A stretch of 64,000 nucleotides of DNA from Octopus vulgaris (GCA_951406725.2 OX597819.1:21266001-21330000); one strand, 5' to 3'; positions 26,687 through 40,930 are shown, counted from the stretch's first letter. The notes: generated by a model from the sequence alone, not told the origin. Translations and numbers: made by a program.

Positions 26687-27633
26687 TGTATGTATATAAT
26701 TTAAATGCAGGAAAAACTATATTTTCGAGGTTTGATTTGTTCTCATTTTTTTCTAATCTATTATTTAAGTGGTGTCTTTCTTGAAAATTTTGAAGTCAAA
26801 TTAAAACTCATATGCATTCTGTCCACTCTTACAGCATTAGGAATTTTGCTAGTTTAGAGAATTTTTTTTTTTCTCTTTTGAGTCTCATTCTTAAAACTGA
26901 TAATTTTTTTTTTTTGTGTGTGTGTTCTTATTTTTCTTGTCATTGTTGATTTTACTGTAGTTGTTGCAGTGCCGTTATAATTGTCGTTTTCTCAAGTTCT
27001 AAAAATATGTTCAGATATTCTTATTCTCTCTTACTGCAGCGTCATTGCCTACAACACTCTCGAAACTGTGGCCAAAATTAACGCCACCACCACCTCCAAC
27101 ATATTCATGATATTATTGTGACCATCACATTCGTCGTAATTCATAATCATAATCATCATCATCATCATTATCCTCATCATATGCATTCGCTCCTCTTCCA
27201 TCTCATCTCCTTTTTCATAGGAAACGAACCAACATTATATATATTTTCACATCCACTGCTGTGTCATCAACAGTGACATCAGACTGTGAGCGAAATTCTA
27301 CACACCTCAGCACAATACCGCAATACACTTACTACATACATATTCTAAACGGAAGACATACAGCTTTTAAATGCCTTTACATTGCACATACACACACGTG
27401 TGTGTGTGTGTATCAACTTAATGTATGCTATATAGATTTCTCAGATATTCTGATTGGATTGTCACAGCAGGAGTGACATGGTGATCGTTTTCAGCGGGTT
27501 GTTCAATCCGAAATTACATTTTAAGAATGAAACAAAAAATGCGAGTATATCTATTACAAATAATAAGCAAATTTTGATGCAAATTTAACCAATTAATTAC
27601 CACCTACGTCCTTTATTTCTTGTGGAAGGCCGG

Positions 27634-27682
<49 letters not shown>

Positions 27683-28129
27683 AGAAATATGTTACATAAA
27701 TAAAATAGTAACTACACGTGGAAATGTATGGGGATAGTAAAAAGAAAAAAATAGACGAAAATGCACATTGGAAATCAAAAAAAGTAAAGGCTTTTCATGC
27801 AAAGTAACGAAAGATATATACAATTAGATGAACTGAGGTAAGAATAAAAGCAATAAAAGTCATTATTGGGAATTGTTAAAGAGATTCAAAAGCATATGGG
27901 TTTCGTAAAATTAGTGTTCACTGCTTTGAATGCACACCGATTACTGGACGGTGTCAGGCGTACTACTCCCTGAGTAAAAAGATTATGTTTAAGGGAGGTA
28001 ACTAGATCTGGATTTGGTGCAAGTAGGGTAGATATAGATCAGATCTGTAATGTATATGGTGTATGGGATGTATGAGGGTTAGTTGTATTAATTGAAAGGT
28101 TAGTAGTGTTCTGTTTTATGTAATGTGTT

Positions 28130-28495
28130 CATATTGAGTTGTGGAAGTTATTTATTGATGAAAGTTGCCCTTGTATTCATCCTTTGTTGTACTGAGATGT
28201 TCTGTGAACATTGATAGAAGGGGAAAATGAGGAAACTAGGTTGCTCGCACACCATTTTATGTGTTCACTGAACTGTATCTGTCTGTATTGTGGGTGGCGG
28301 ATTTGTTCTTTGTGAAGAGTGGTTCTTCACAAGCATGTAATGGCATAGAGTAGATTTTCCGAGGCACAATTGAAATTTGATTTATTCTTAAATATTTCAC
28401 CTTCTTTAATCTGGAACTCTGAACCCTCCAAAGCGTGGGGACATGCACCACAGTTAGGTCGACCCCATTTTTTCACTTTTGGTTCCTTTGTTAAT
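28130..28495 (-). mobile_element. Penelope-like element, GIY-YIG endonuclease remnant (Neptune-type Cys-rich linker)
   Basis: Minus translation: [67 protein letters not shown]; homologous to 55900-56520. Confidence 0.85.
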
Positions 28496-28510
28496 GGTTA
28501 TAATCTTGCG

Positions 28511-28574
<64 letters not shown>

Positions 28575-28649
28575 TATATGTGTGTGTGTGTGTGTATACG
28601 TGTTTGTGTGCGCAGGAAAATTCAAGCATACCTATATATACAAGCATGC

Positions 28650-28697
<48 letters not shown>

Positions 28698-29597
28698 CCT
28701 CCTCTTATGTGATGGCAATACTGATTTTTCTCTAAGACCTGCATTTTTGCTCTTTTTCATTTTCGATTCCTTTCCAAGTTTGTAATCGTGTTCTATCCTG
28801 GATCCACATCCCACTTAAACAATCTACTTCCTTTTTCACAAAAGTACTTTACTTCTATGAAATGGAACACATACTTTCTTTCACTCTACTTCATTCCAAA
28901 TAACGAATATCTGATCTTTCTGCTATTTCATGTTCAGTATGCCATCCTGTAGAACTTTTTTTCCAACTTATTCTACATTTTTATCGACTACTCATTCGTC
29001 TCATCCATCTTCTCTCTTTCTTTATTCTTTATTATGATTGATTCTGATGTTGTTCTTGCTAATAATGATATCGTTTGCTTAACACGATGTTTGATGCAAA
29101 GGACATTACAGAGACAGGTTACAACTCGTGTTGATTTATATCTGATCATATGAGGACGAACATTCGTAGACAAATCAATCATAAAACAAGTATACATAGT
29201 ATAAAGAATATATAAATAACAAACGAAACAGTCCCACTGCCCTCCCCAGGAGGAAAGTTTGTCCATTTTCTATCAATCATGGAATCCCAGATATCCAAGT
29301 TTAACAACAAATCCAAGAGAGCCTGTCATTTCCGAACTACTCTTCAAGATGTTACTGGTCCACACGAAGAGTAGTTCCAACGACACTTAGCGTTTTCGCC
29401 TCCCACATCGTTCTCCAACCTTACTGCTCTTTTCAAATGGGCAGAACACAATCCATGGCTGTACTCTGAATGCATTCACCAATCCAACGCAAACAGATGC
29501 TGCTTCCTTTAGTTTCGAAGTTTCTATTTTTTGTTTTCTTCTTTATTTAGATGCTCTGCTTCAAACATTCATATGTTGAAATCAACAGTAGCGACTA

Positions 29598-29668
<71 letters not shown>

Positions 29669-29693
29669 CATACATACATACATACATACATGC

Positions 29694-29747
<54 letters not shown>

Positions 29748-29748
29748 C

Positions 29749-29782
<34 letters not shown>

Positions 29783-30814
29783 GAATAGATGTAAGTATAT
29801 GCATGTCCGTATGTATATATGCATATATATGTATATATGTATATATATATATATATATCTGTGTGTGTATATATGTCTATAATGTAATATCTGTGTGTGT
29901 GCACACATGTGTCTGTGTGTGTGTATAGTGGAAGTTACACAGACAAAGAAAGGCAGAAAATCAAAGTAACAGCATAACATATATATAATTTAATATAGTT
30001 GAAGAGGCATCAAAATGTGCATTGTGGGTAATACGGTGTGAGATAAGAATATATAGAAAGAAGGAAGTCGAAACCTATATATGGGGAGGTGTTCTAGAAA
30101 GGAGTCACGTGACGGGTGTAAAGTGTGGCATAAATACAAGCACACAAACACACACACTTATACATACACATATATACATACATATACACACACATATATA
30201 TACATATATACACACTCACATATATATATATACACTCATGCATATATATATATACACACGCACATATATACATACACATATATATATATAGACACTCACA
30301 TATATATATGCACATACATGCATAAACACTCATACACATATACACACATATATACATGCACACACACACATACACACGCATACATATATATATATATATG
30401 GAGAGATAGAGAGGGAGAGTCAGAGAGAAAGAGAGATCATACTTGTATATGTATGTGAGCGTTCGAGCAAGCATGTGTATATGTTTGTATATTGAAATGC
30501 GAACATGAAGACAAATGAATCGACTTATGAAACCGCCATTATATATCGGAACAGCTTTACACAAACTAAAATAGAATAACAGATTAGTTAATATAGAAAA
30601 AAAAATTGTTGGGGGAATGACATCGAGTAGGAGATAATGGTTCATTTAGAATTGAATAACAATGAGCCTGAGTGACTGTCATTAGAATTATGCAGCAATT
30701 AAGAAATAATCTCTTATATACGAAACGGCATTAAATGGATTGCAATATGGCGACGGACGCAGCGTTCCTGTCGGTGGCTTGTTCATAGCCAGAAATAGAC
30801 GAAATAGTAAATTC

Positions 30815-30822
30815 TACTACTC

Positions 30823-30860
<38 letters not shown>

Positions 30861-30861
30861 G

Positions 30862-30934
<73 letters not shown>

Positions 30935-30962
30935 GACTACTACTACTACTACGACTACTACT
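30815..30962. repeat. (CTA)n/(CTG)n microsatellite
   Basis: Direct read. Confidence 0.95.
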
Positions 30963-31904
30963 GGTATATTATCGATATCAATTAAAATATAACAATTTAG
31001 ATATATTAAGACAATGTTGCAGAACAAAATGCAAAATTTGAGGGTTAAAAAAAGCATTTGTAGTGGTTTAAAGATAAAATTTCAAACACATTCGTCGACA
31101 TTAAAAATGCTTTTCATATCTTCCGTCTTTCCCTGTTGCATATTTTACATGGCACAATCATGATGGCTGACTGCTAGATAAATTCAGAGGAAAACCGACG
31201 CTTTCGTTCAGTAATTCTGCGTCGCATTTAAGATTGAAAATGACGTTTAATTTTACTTTCTTGTTGATCAGGATCTGATCAAGACATAATGAAGCCTAAT
31301 TAGATTCATTAAATTGGGAAAATGAAAGTACTTCCGTCATTTTCTAGCTTCCTAAGAATAGGTTGCTTAATTAAGGACAAAATGATTTGTGCTAATTAAT
31401 TGTGTCTATTTCGTTCCTATGAAGGCATGCAGCCTAATGATTACAATGTTGGATGAATCCAACATCCTAATTGAGATTTCTTTTCTTGCAGCTTTGTGTC
31501 CTGAAGCAAAATATTTCATTCTACCTTGCTCTGTGACAGTTGACATGTGGAAAGCCGTGCACCTGTACAAGAAATGTCGAATTTATGGAAGGAGTCAACC
31601 AATAAACGGCAAAATCATTTAATTACAAAAACAAATAATCTTTTCACGTTGTTTAGCAAGAAATAGCGAAACCTGCATCTTCCTTTTACTATGTACAGCC
31701 TAAGTTTAAATCCCGTTGATTTGCATCATTCTATGATGGATTACTTTACGATACCCTAAACACCAATAATCTGGTTGGAGCAACAGTGTAACAGAAAATG
31801 CCTTCTTGAATTTTGTTAGGACTTTTTAAGTTCCCATTGCAAGTCACTTTGTCTCCATCTTTGCTTTATTCTTCAGATATTGCTGCAATTATAATTGGGT
31901 AGAG

Positions 31905-32126
31905 ACTCACTTCGGTTGTGAATGATCTTGGCATTGCAGCTACAGAGTTCCCTTCCGAGGCACAAGTCCTCCCGTTTCCAAACGACCGATGTTATCCAAG
32001 AGAAAGGCCAAAGCCGATACAGCTAGGCACCAGTGACGTCGCAATTCATTTCTACAGCTGAGTGGGGCAAAGTTAAATAAATTGTTTGCTCAAGAACACG
32101 ACACAGCCCAGTCTAGGAATCGAACG
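31905..32126 (-). mobile_element. SINE-like repeat family D, diverged
   Basis: Minus strand gttcgattcctagactgggctgtgtcgtgttcttgagcaa: B box followed by a ttgagcaa-type SINE core. Confidence 0.6.
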
Positions 32127-32584
32127 TAATCGAATATAATCGTCATCCTAAGCATGAAGCATACTCATATCATCAACTCCATCATCACAAGATATTTTCA
32201 CATTTTATTGTCGAAGGAGAATACATTTTTCTGCAATATATCAGCGTCAGGAATTGTGTTGTGGATGTTCATATCAATGGGAGGAAGGAAATCATGTGTC
32301 ATTATCGTTATTGCATCGCACCAAACAGCTCGACATGTTTTATCTGCCATCATTTCCTCACTTTATACATGAGTAATTATATATTATTTGTTGAACTTGC
32401 TAAAACAGAATTTGATGCGGGATTGGCTGATGTTTCTAATAGACTGAGTGACAGTTTAGAAACGTCCCCCAATGGCTCGTGCTATGTCAAATGTTTGCGA
32501 TGAGGGAATAAGTAAAAAATAAAACTGGAGATGATTAATTGTTTAGCGGTATCCATTTATCTCCATTTGCATTTTATCTTTCAA

Positions 32585-32950
32585 ATTACAATTGCTTCAA
32601 CCTGCGGCCATGCTGGGGCGGTGCTTTGCAGGATTTTAGTCGAACGAATCAACCTCAATACTCATATCATTTAAGCCTGTTACAAATTCTGCTGATTTCT
32701 TTTGCTGAAATCTTAAATTACTTGAAAGTAAACAAACCAACATCGGTTGTTAATCGGTATAGTAGATACGCAATCACACACACACACATACAATAGGTTT
32801 CTTTTAGTTTCCATCTACCAAATCCATTCAGCAAGATATGGGCGAACCAAGACTATAGTAGAAACCATTTGTACAGTGTGCCATGAATTAGGTCTGAACG
32901 TGAAACCATGTGGTTTGGAAGCTAGCATCTCACATCTGACAAGTCATGCC
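32585..32950 (-). mobile_element. SINE family A, strongly diverged
   Basis: tgcggccatgctggggc...gtttccatctaccaaatccattca...aaccatgtggtt. Confidence 0.75.
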
Positions 32951-34255
32951 TGATCGACTTTTTTTATGGCTGATAAACATATGCATCTGTCCAAAACTGG
33001 AATGGATGTAAACTACTGCCTTTCGCTTCCTTGGCCTGTCAATCGTAATCACTTTATTAATAACTCTGGTTGGAGTCGTTGAAATTCTGCGCTTTTTGAC
33101 AAGGAAGGTTTAATAATTGCTCTGCTTTCTTGAACTTTGTACTTTCTTTAATACAATTGCTCAATTCATTCTCTTCTCTTCGTATTTCCTGAGGGGGAGG
33201 GGTGATGTTTAGGCTGCTGCTTCCCTGCAGCATCACGTGAGTCATCTCACTGCGCATGTCTTATCTCATATTAGTTAGAGTCGCCTATTGCTGCCCATTC
33301 AATTTTAAAATTAACACTAAACAAAAAAAAAAAAAGAGAGAAAAAGCAAACTTATCCGCTTCTCGTTATTAAGCAGACAACAATTAATTGCAACGGTGTT
33401 TACGGAGATTAAAGTTATTCAGGAATGAAATAAGAAAATAATTACAGGACATTTCGTTGTCGCCTTCCACAATATCTGCTACTCCCTCCGTCAGCAAATA
33501 TCTCTCCATACATTATCACCACGTTCACATGAACAATAATCCTTCAAAGGCGGCAAGCTGTCAGAATCATTTGCACGCCGGGTTCAGCAGCATTTCGTCT
33601 ATCTTTACATTCTGAGTTCAAATTCCTCCGAGGCCGACTTCAATAAGTAGCAGGTGCGGACTGGGATTAATGTAGACGACTCACACTCTCTTCGAAATTG
33701 CTGGCTTTTTGTCGAAATTAGAAACCAATATATTAATGTTATATAAGGGGCGAGTGGGTAGTATTGCTACCTCGCCGGACAAAATGCTTAGAGACATTCC
33801 ATCAGTCGGAGTTCGAATGCCGCTTAAGTCGACTTTTCTTTTCATGCTTTTTGGGGTCTTTGAAATAAGTACTTGTTATGAAGTCGTGTTTTTGTAATCG
33901 ACTTACTCTCCACAAAAATGACAGGCCTTTTACCAATAGTAGAAAAATTATACAGAACTCAATCAGACATTGAATAGAAACCAAGATAGAGAAAAATCAG
34001 GTAGATTACCAATGTAAGTTATGAAAATGAAAGTAGAAAAGGTGTATTCATATAATTAGTGATGGTAGGATGCTGGCACCGAAGTAATACAAGAAAGGAC
34101 ATGACAACCTAGGGAGAATAATCCACTGGGAGTTATGTGGGAAGCTGGGATTTCACCTTGCTGATAAATAGCATGAGCATAGACTTAGTAAAGTGATATA
34201 AGATGTGAACTTGAGGCTGACAGAGTTGTAGAAGATGGAATGCCTGGGTTACAAG

Positions 34256-34643
34256 TGTGGAAGCACTCCGTCGGTTACGACGACGAGGATTCCGGTTGAT
34301 CCGAATCAACGGAACAGCCTGCTCGTGAAATGAACGTGTAAGTGGCTGAGCACTCCACAGACACGTGTACCCTTAACGTAGTTCTCGGGGATATTCAGCG
34401 TGTCACAGAGAGTGACAAGGCCGGCCCTTTGAAATACAGGTACAACAGAAACAGGAAGTAAGAGTGAGAGAAAGTTGTGGTGAAAGAGTACAGCAGGGAT
34501 CACCACCATCCCCTGCCGGAGCTTCGTGGAGCTTTAGGTGTTTTCGCTCAATAAACACTCACAACGCCCTGTCTGGGAATCGGAACCGCGATCCTATGAC
34601 CGCGAGTCCGCTGCCCTAACCACTAGGCCATTGCGCCTCCACG
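34256..34643 (-). mobile_element. tRNA-derived SINE family C, full length
   Basis: Minus head gtggaggcgcaatggcctagtggttagggcagcggactcgcggtcataggatcgcggttccgattccc with A and B boxes; second copy at 63780-64000; 3' fragments at 46206-46335 and 48910-49030. Confidence 0.92.
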
Positions 34644-34679
34644 GGTTACTAGTAGCAGATAAAGAGAACAGAAAGGGCT

Positions 34680-34960
34680 AGACAATTGAGTCTACAGTCC
34701 GAAATAATGAGAAATTCAATATGAGAAACAGAGAGAAACTAGCAAAGTAGCATGACCTATCCATTGAGTTACAAAGACTATGGAAATTGCGAGGAAAATG
34801 TATCAGTGTAGTTATATTGGAGCATTAGGAACTATTCCTACAGATTCGAACAGATGGATAAAGGAATGGACTTAGTTTAGTGCAGCTTCAAAGAACAGTA
34901 TTATTAGGAAAAACTAGGAAAGTTAGGATAGATGACATCTAAAGTTACTTGTTATAGCCC
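34680..34960 (+). mobile_element. R4/Dong-like REL endonuclease C-terminal remnant
   Basis: REKLAK*HDLSIELQRLWKL..VVI/GALGTIP..QLQRTVLLG. Confidence 0.75.
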
Positions 34961-35631
34961 GATGTTAGGAATTTTTCTTACCAAGCCATTTAATCTGTTA
35001 TGCGTAAATAAAATGGTAACAGAAATGGTTTTAAATTTCAGCAGAAACTAAACATATGCTCTTATATAACTAAATAATCTAATAACCTTTTTTATCAAAT
35101 CGGAGGCTGTGGCTTAAAAGAGAGTCAGCTGCTATTTCTAGTAGTGCAAGAGAAATGTGAAAGGCCTTATCCTTTAGATGACAGCGTTTCCAATGGTGGT
35201 TATAGTAAATGTCTGTCTTAATATAACTTATGAGGAGTTAGGTTTATTTCTACACCAAGCTTTTACATATTATATAATTGATGACGGCTCCATTTGGAAT
35301 TGCTTTATAGAACAGTCATCGCAAATTTTGCAGCTGACACTTTCGTTGGTGAATATCGTTCCGTTCACAGAGCCACACATACACTGGGAAAAGCACACAT
35401 GCGTATATATGGATATCAACATCTCTCTATTTATCTATCCATACATACAGACACACACACACACACACACACACTCACGCACAAAAGAGAGAGAGTGAGA
35501 TGTTTATATATGTACATTAATATGAATATATAATATGAATATATATATATATTCACACACACATACATATGTATGTATATATTTATATATATATACACAA
35601 ACAGACGCGCGCGAACATATATACATACATA

Positions 35632-36376
35632 TAGAAAGAATTGGGAGTAACTGTGGACAACAGCATAAGCTGGGCCGCTCATATAAAAACTAAAGTTGAC
35701 ATGGCCTGCAGAATGTGCTTCTGGATTCTCAGAAATTTCCGGTCGAGAGATATCAACATCCTTATCCTTTTCTCTACTTTTGCTCGACCCCACCATGAAT
35801 ACTGTTGTCTACTGTGGTCTCCCCACACGAAACAGAGCTTCATTAAAACTGAACCACCACAAAGGTCAATTACAAAAAACATAGATGGCATGACAGGCCT
35901 TCAGTATTGTGGTCGACTAGAAAATTTCAAGCTTTATTCTCTCCAACGTCACCGTGAGCGCTACATCATCTGCATGACGTAGAAAATATTCCATCATCAT
36001 TTCTCAAATGTTGGTATCGCATTTAAGATATACCTAAGACTTTGGCCCCGTGCTATCATCCCACAACATAAATCATACTCGCATCACATAACAACAATAC
36101 GGCACGATTATTTCACTTCAATTGGTCCTGGTCTGTTTAACATTACAACAGAACACAATAAGGCAGAAACAGACCCCATAAATATCAAGAGGTCTTTGGA
36201 CAAATTCCTTTAAAAAATCCCTGATAAATCTCCTACACTCGGATATGTCTCCTTAAACAATAACTCTCTCCTCGAGTGGGCAATGTTGTCCGATTCCTGA
36301 TTTGAATAACTTTGCCAGCTGGTGTTATTAAGTTAGACATGGCCTGGGCCAATGCCGGCCGAGACCTAACAAAGTA
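35632..36376 (+). mobile_element. CR1/Jockey-group LINE, 5'-truncated 3' end
   Basis: KELGVTVDNSISWAAHI..WILRNFRSRD..RPHHEYCCLLWSPH..QRSITKNI..LYSLQRHRERY..FTSIGPGLFN..LDKFL*KIPD. Confidence 0.9.
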
Positions 36377-37950
36377 TATATCCTGTACTGACACACGCAT
36401 AAATGTGAAGCTTTAAATTTCATTTCGGCCTATGTAAGCGTTTTTAATATAGCTTGGAATTGACTCATGCTTTTTTTTCGTGAAATTTATCGACGTTAAC
36501 ATACATGCGAGCTTGTGTGTATGTATGTGTGTCCCTGTGTGTGTGTGCTCGTACGTTCGTCCAGAGGCAAAAAAACTTTTAGAACAATTTCGAGCATGTG
36601 TATCTAACATGTCCTTCATTTATGTTATAATTTGATGGAAATTTGGCACTTATTTGCAATATGTCAAGTTCCTTGGTTAATCGATTCGTCCTCTCTTTTA
36701 AAAGTTGCTGAACCTGAAACATGGATCGTCGTTCCGTTCAGGTTTAAAGTTTTTGTCTCCGTCACGCAAACGTCATGGAAACTGGATAACCAACCTCATG
36801 GAAAGTAAAACAGACATCCTTTCCTCCACCCCAAAACTTCTCTGATCAAGATATCATATTCTAATTTTCTTTTTCCTTCGGGTCCATGTTTCATTCTATT
36901 TTCCTATAATTTATCCGGAAATTTCTCTTGTTCCCTCATTTTTATTTCGTTGAAGCAATAGGGTGTAGGCATCCAATGCAACGGTTACACAGAGGTTCGG
37001 CTTTGGAAAACATCAAAAGGTGCGTTGCTTGGGTCGTTGTTAACGGTGATTGATCGTATTTAGGACGGCCATGGATTATAATTGTAATGACCGTAGTAAC
37101 TATAAAATTATGATGAAGTGGAAGAGGCGGAGGAGATAATGACGTTGATGACGGTTGTGGTAATGGGTGGTGGTGGTTGCAATGGCGGAGTTGATGATGC
37201 GGATGAAGAGGAGGAAAATTGAAAGAACTAAGAGGAGGTGGGGGTGGTAATGAAATCATTATGCATTCAGCACATTTCCATTAAAAAATTTGAATAAAGT
37301 ATTAAAAAAAAAAACAACAAACGAAAAACTGTTGAGGTCGAAATTTCTTCAAATTTTGTGAAAAACGAAAAGAGAAATATAAAAGCTGAGTAAAAAGTAG
37401 ATAAAAACAACAAAGCAAGGAAGAAGAAGAAAAAGAGAAGGAGTTGATTGAGAGAGAAAAGAAGAAGTAGAGGAGGAGGACGACGAGGAGGAGGAGCGAG
37501 AAAATGATACGTCTTTAAAATAGTTTTACGCCATCATTGCACATGAATATCTTTCTACCTTCAATGTAAAATATAGATCGCAATATACGAGTAGGCATAC
37601 GCACACATGATAATACACACGAAATAAGCTAAATAAATATTGATATCAAATACCATACAGAGGAAATTATTGATATCAAATATCACACGAGACTAGAACA
37701 AGAGAACAAGAAGAAATATATTTCCTGTTCAGTAAAAATCTCTTTGTTTTCGTCTTTAATGCGATACTTCATTTTTAATCCTTTTGATATGTTCGTATTC
37801 AGCTTTATATATGTATTTAGTATATACACACATATATATATAAATACATATACACATACATACATGTATACACGCAATTGTTTATATATATATGTGTGTG
37901 TGTGTGTCTGTGCGTGTGCGTGTATATATATATGTATATATATATATATG

Positions 37951-38007
<57 letters not shown>

Positions 38008-38264
38008 GCATGTATGTCTATATGTATATGTATGAATGTATTTCTATATATATTTAATTAGTGTTTCTATTTTGGTCAGATGTTTTGGCACGTCTACACA
38101 CTTTACATCATTATACTGCATTATGACAAAATATATTCATATATTCTCCTCTCGCTCTCAAATATATTTCGGATTTCATTGGATGTACATTTATATAATC
38201 TATGCATCAACTTCGATATTATGCTATATGCTGGTTAGTATGTATGGGCGTGTAATTATGATTG

Positions 38265-38318
<54 letters not shown>

Positions 38319-38496
38319 ACTATGCGTGCATGAGTAAATAGAGTGGACAGCTATATATGTGCACACATACACTCACATATATATATATAAATGCATGTAT
38401 GTATAATCATATAAACATATGCCTATGTAGAGCACACACATGCCTGTCCATATATGCATATATATGTGTGTGTGCTTTGTGCTCGCATATATGTGC

Positions 38497-38549
<53 letters not shown>

Positions 38550-38609
38550 CGTATGTATGTATGTATGTATGTATATATATATAAGTATATCTATATATGC
38601 CAATCCAAA

Positions 38610-38790
38610 CATGAACAAGCAAGAAAAAACAACGTAAGGACGTGATTCAAGTCCTGTAGTATTGGACGCTCAGGAAAGGAAAGAAAAGAAAGAGGATTTC
38701 ACGTTTCGAGTGGAGCTCTTCATCAGAAATATAGAAAAAGTCCAAAGAAGGGAAGACGGAGAAAGAAAGTCGCCAACGATACACACGCAG
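38610..38790 (-). repeat. Short repeat family H carrying a hammerhead core
   Basis: gacgctcaggaa...acgtttcgag...ctcttcatcagaaa; shared with 25322-25495, 40940-41125 and 58930-59100. Confidence 0.8.
38658..38733 (-). ncRNA. Type I hammerhead ribozyme motif with weak stem I
   Basis: Minus strand: CUGAUGA-a-GAG cucca CUC-GAAA-CGU...GCGUC^caaua; core boxes and GUC triplet present, first stem-I pair mismatched. Confidence 0.6.
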
Positions 38791-38825
38791 TCATGTATAT
38801 GTAAGTATATGTATGTATGCGCATA

Positions 38826-40142
38826 TAGAGAGCTGGAGCGGATGGACCAGAGCCATACGGACCCCCGCGAATGTCCATCAGGTAAAGAAAATGATCGTTC
38901 ATGCACTAGGAGCTAGTATAAAAGTTACCCTAAAAGGCCACACGTTTAAGTTTAACGAGAAAATATATGCACGACGAGGGGGAAGCCATCGGCGTTAGTA
39001 TCGCCGGTGATGTGGCCAACCTTTTCATGGCATGGTGGGACAGAAGGCTTAAGGAACGCTTGGCACAGAACTCCATACTCGTTAACATGTACTCTCGCTA
39101 TGTCGATGATATCAACATAGTGGTAAAGGCACCCCAACAAGAGAGTACTCTTGAAATAGAAATAGAAACTAATACTATGGAGAGCATTCAGCAAATAGCT
39201 AACTCCATCTACCAGAGTATTAAGGTCACAATAGACTACCCTACTAAACACCCTAACCATAGACTAGATACAGAACTCTGGCTGGAAACTGAGAATAATA
39301 AAACCCGAATCCTTCATTCGTACTATGCAAAACCTATGGCCTCCAAATACGTGATCCACCAGAACTCAGTTATCGCGGACAATGCCAAATTTAATATTTT
39401 GATGGCAGACCTCGTCCGAATAATGCGAAATGTGTCCCGCATGTGCGAGCCTACAGAGTTAATGAGACACATACAACATTTTGTTCACCGCATGCAGTTC
39501 TCAGGTTACAGCCATAATGAAAGGATCAGAGTATACAAAGGAGCCATGAAGAAATTTGATACTATCATATGTTATGATAGGAATGGGATTTGCCCACTCT
39601 ATAGGTGCAAGTCATGGAACACTATTGAAAGGACTAAGAAGAAAATAGGGAAGGCCAACTCTTGGTATGATAGCCACAAATACCAGAGTGTCATGTTCGT
39701 CGACACCACCCCCAGAGGCAAACTGGCGTACCGCTTTAGAAGGGCCCTAGACAAACTTAAGCTAAGGATTAAGGTTGTTGAAAGGCCAGACAACCCAATC
39801 AAATCCTTAATCAGTAGAACCTACCCGATTAGTAGAACCCCCTGTACGGATAGGTACTGTACTGTGTGTAGATTTAGCCCGCAAACAAACTGTAAAGCCA
39901 GAAATGTAGTCTATAGTATAAGATGTATAGAGGGACGATGCAGAAACAAGACAACGACGTACGTAGGGGAAACGACACGGAGCACAGGAGAGCGGGTAAA
40001 TGAACATTTGAGAGAACTTAAGGAAGAAAAGAGCTCATCGGTTCTGTACCAGCACGCCGAGCCGGAACACGGGGGCTCACTCAAAAACATAGAAGTTAAA
40101 ATCTTGTCTACACATAGAACAATGGTGAAGAAAGAACTTTGA
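38826..40142 (+). mobile_element. Penelope-like element: RT C-terminal half plus GIY-YIG endonuclease, 5'-truncated, one frameshift near 38970
   Basis: HTFKFNEKIY / GEAIGVSIAGDVANLFM, YSRYVDDI, YYAKPMASKYVI, FSGYS, CTDRYCTVC..NCKARNVVYSIRC..TYVGETTRSTGERVNEH. Confidence 0.93.
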
Positions 40143-40870
40143 CAAAATTATCTGATTATCAGCTAGGTAAATGAAACTGTTAACCAAAATATCGATTATC
40201 TAATTTGTTAAATGACCAACCAATTGAATAACGATAAGGAAAGGGGTGAACTAGATACAGTGCGAGTGTATATTATGGGCAACATGATCTTCCCGAGGTA
40301 CAACAAAGTAATATAAGTTCCATTCCACCTATTTTCATTGTCGACTACAAGTAAACGGCAGCATATAGAAGATAGGTTTTGAGAACTGATCTCATGCGAA
40401 CAGGCAACATATAAGCATCTTAGAATGCTTGACAGTTGCTCAATATAAAACTCATCTTTGAATACCAGTTTGATGGAGCGTCCTGAAATATAAAAACAGC
40501 CGGAAATTTTGCGTAACTTTTTTCCCATGGAATCAGTTTCCTGCAATGGAGTTAACACTTCGAGCTGGTATCGAAACAATTGCAGATATTCAAACTTCAT
40601 CTTCCTTCTTCTTAATTCTGTTATAATTTTTCCGGTGATGTTGCTGGAGTTTCTGCAGCATTGGGCTTTTAAGTTCCCGCGATTGTTCCGTTAAAAATAA
40701 TGATAGAGAGGAAATGGGATTCTGTGCTCCATTGGAAATACACTGACGTTCTGCCCTATCAGGAATTTAGATTCTATCTATCTTAAATCTATCTATCTAT
40801 CTATCTATCTTAAGTCTATCTGGCTCCCATTCTGGCTTTCATTTTGTCTCTTTCTCTCTCTCCTTCTCTA

Positions 40871-40930
<60 letters not shown>

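Noticed and set aside
33057-33257. 66-aa minus-strand ORF as a possible host exon
   Set aside because: No recognisable homology or clear splice context; the region looks more regulatory.
34560-34643. tRNA-like cloverleaf (also 63780-63855 and SINE A heads)
   Set aside because: Continues into SINE bodies present in several copies; SINE heads, not tRNA genes.
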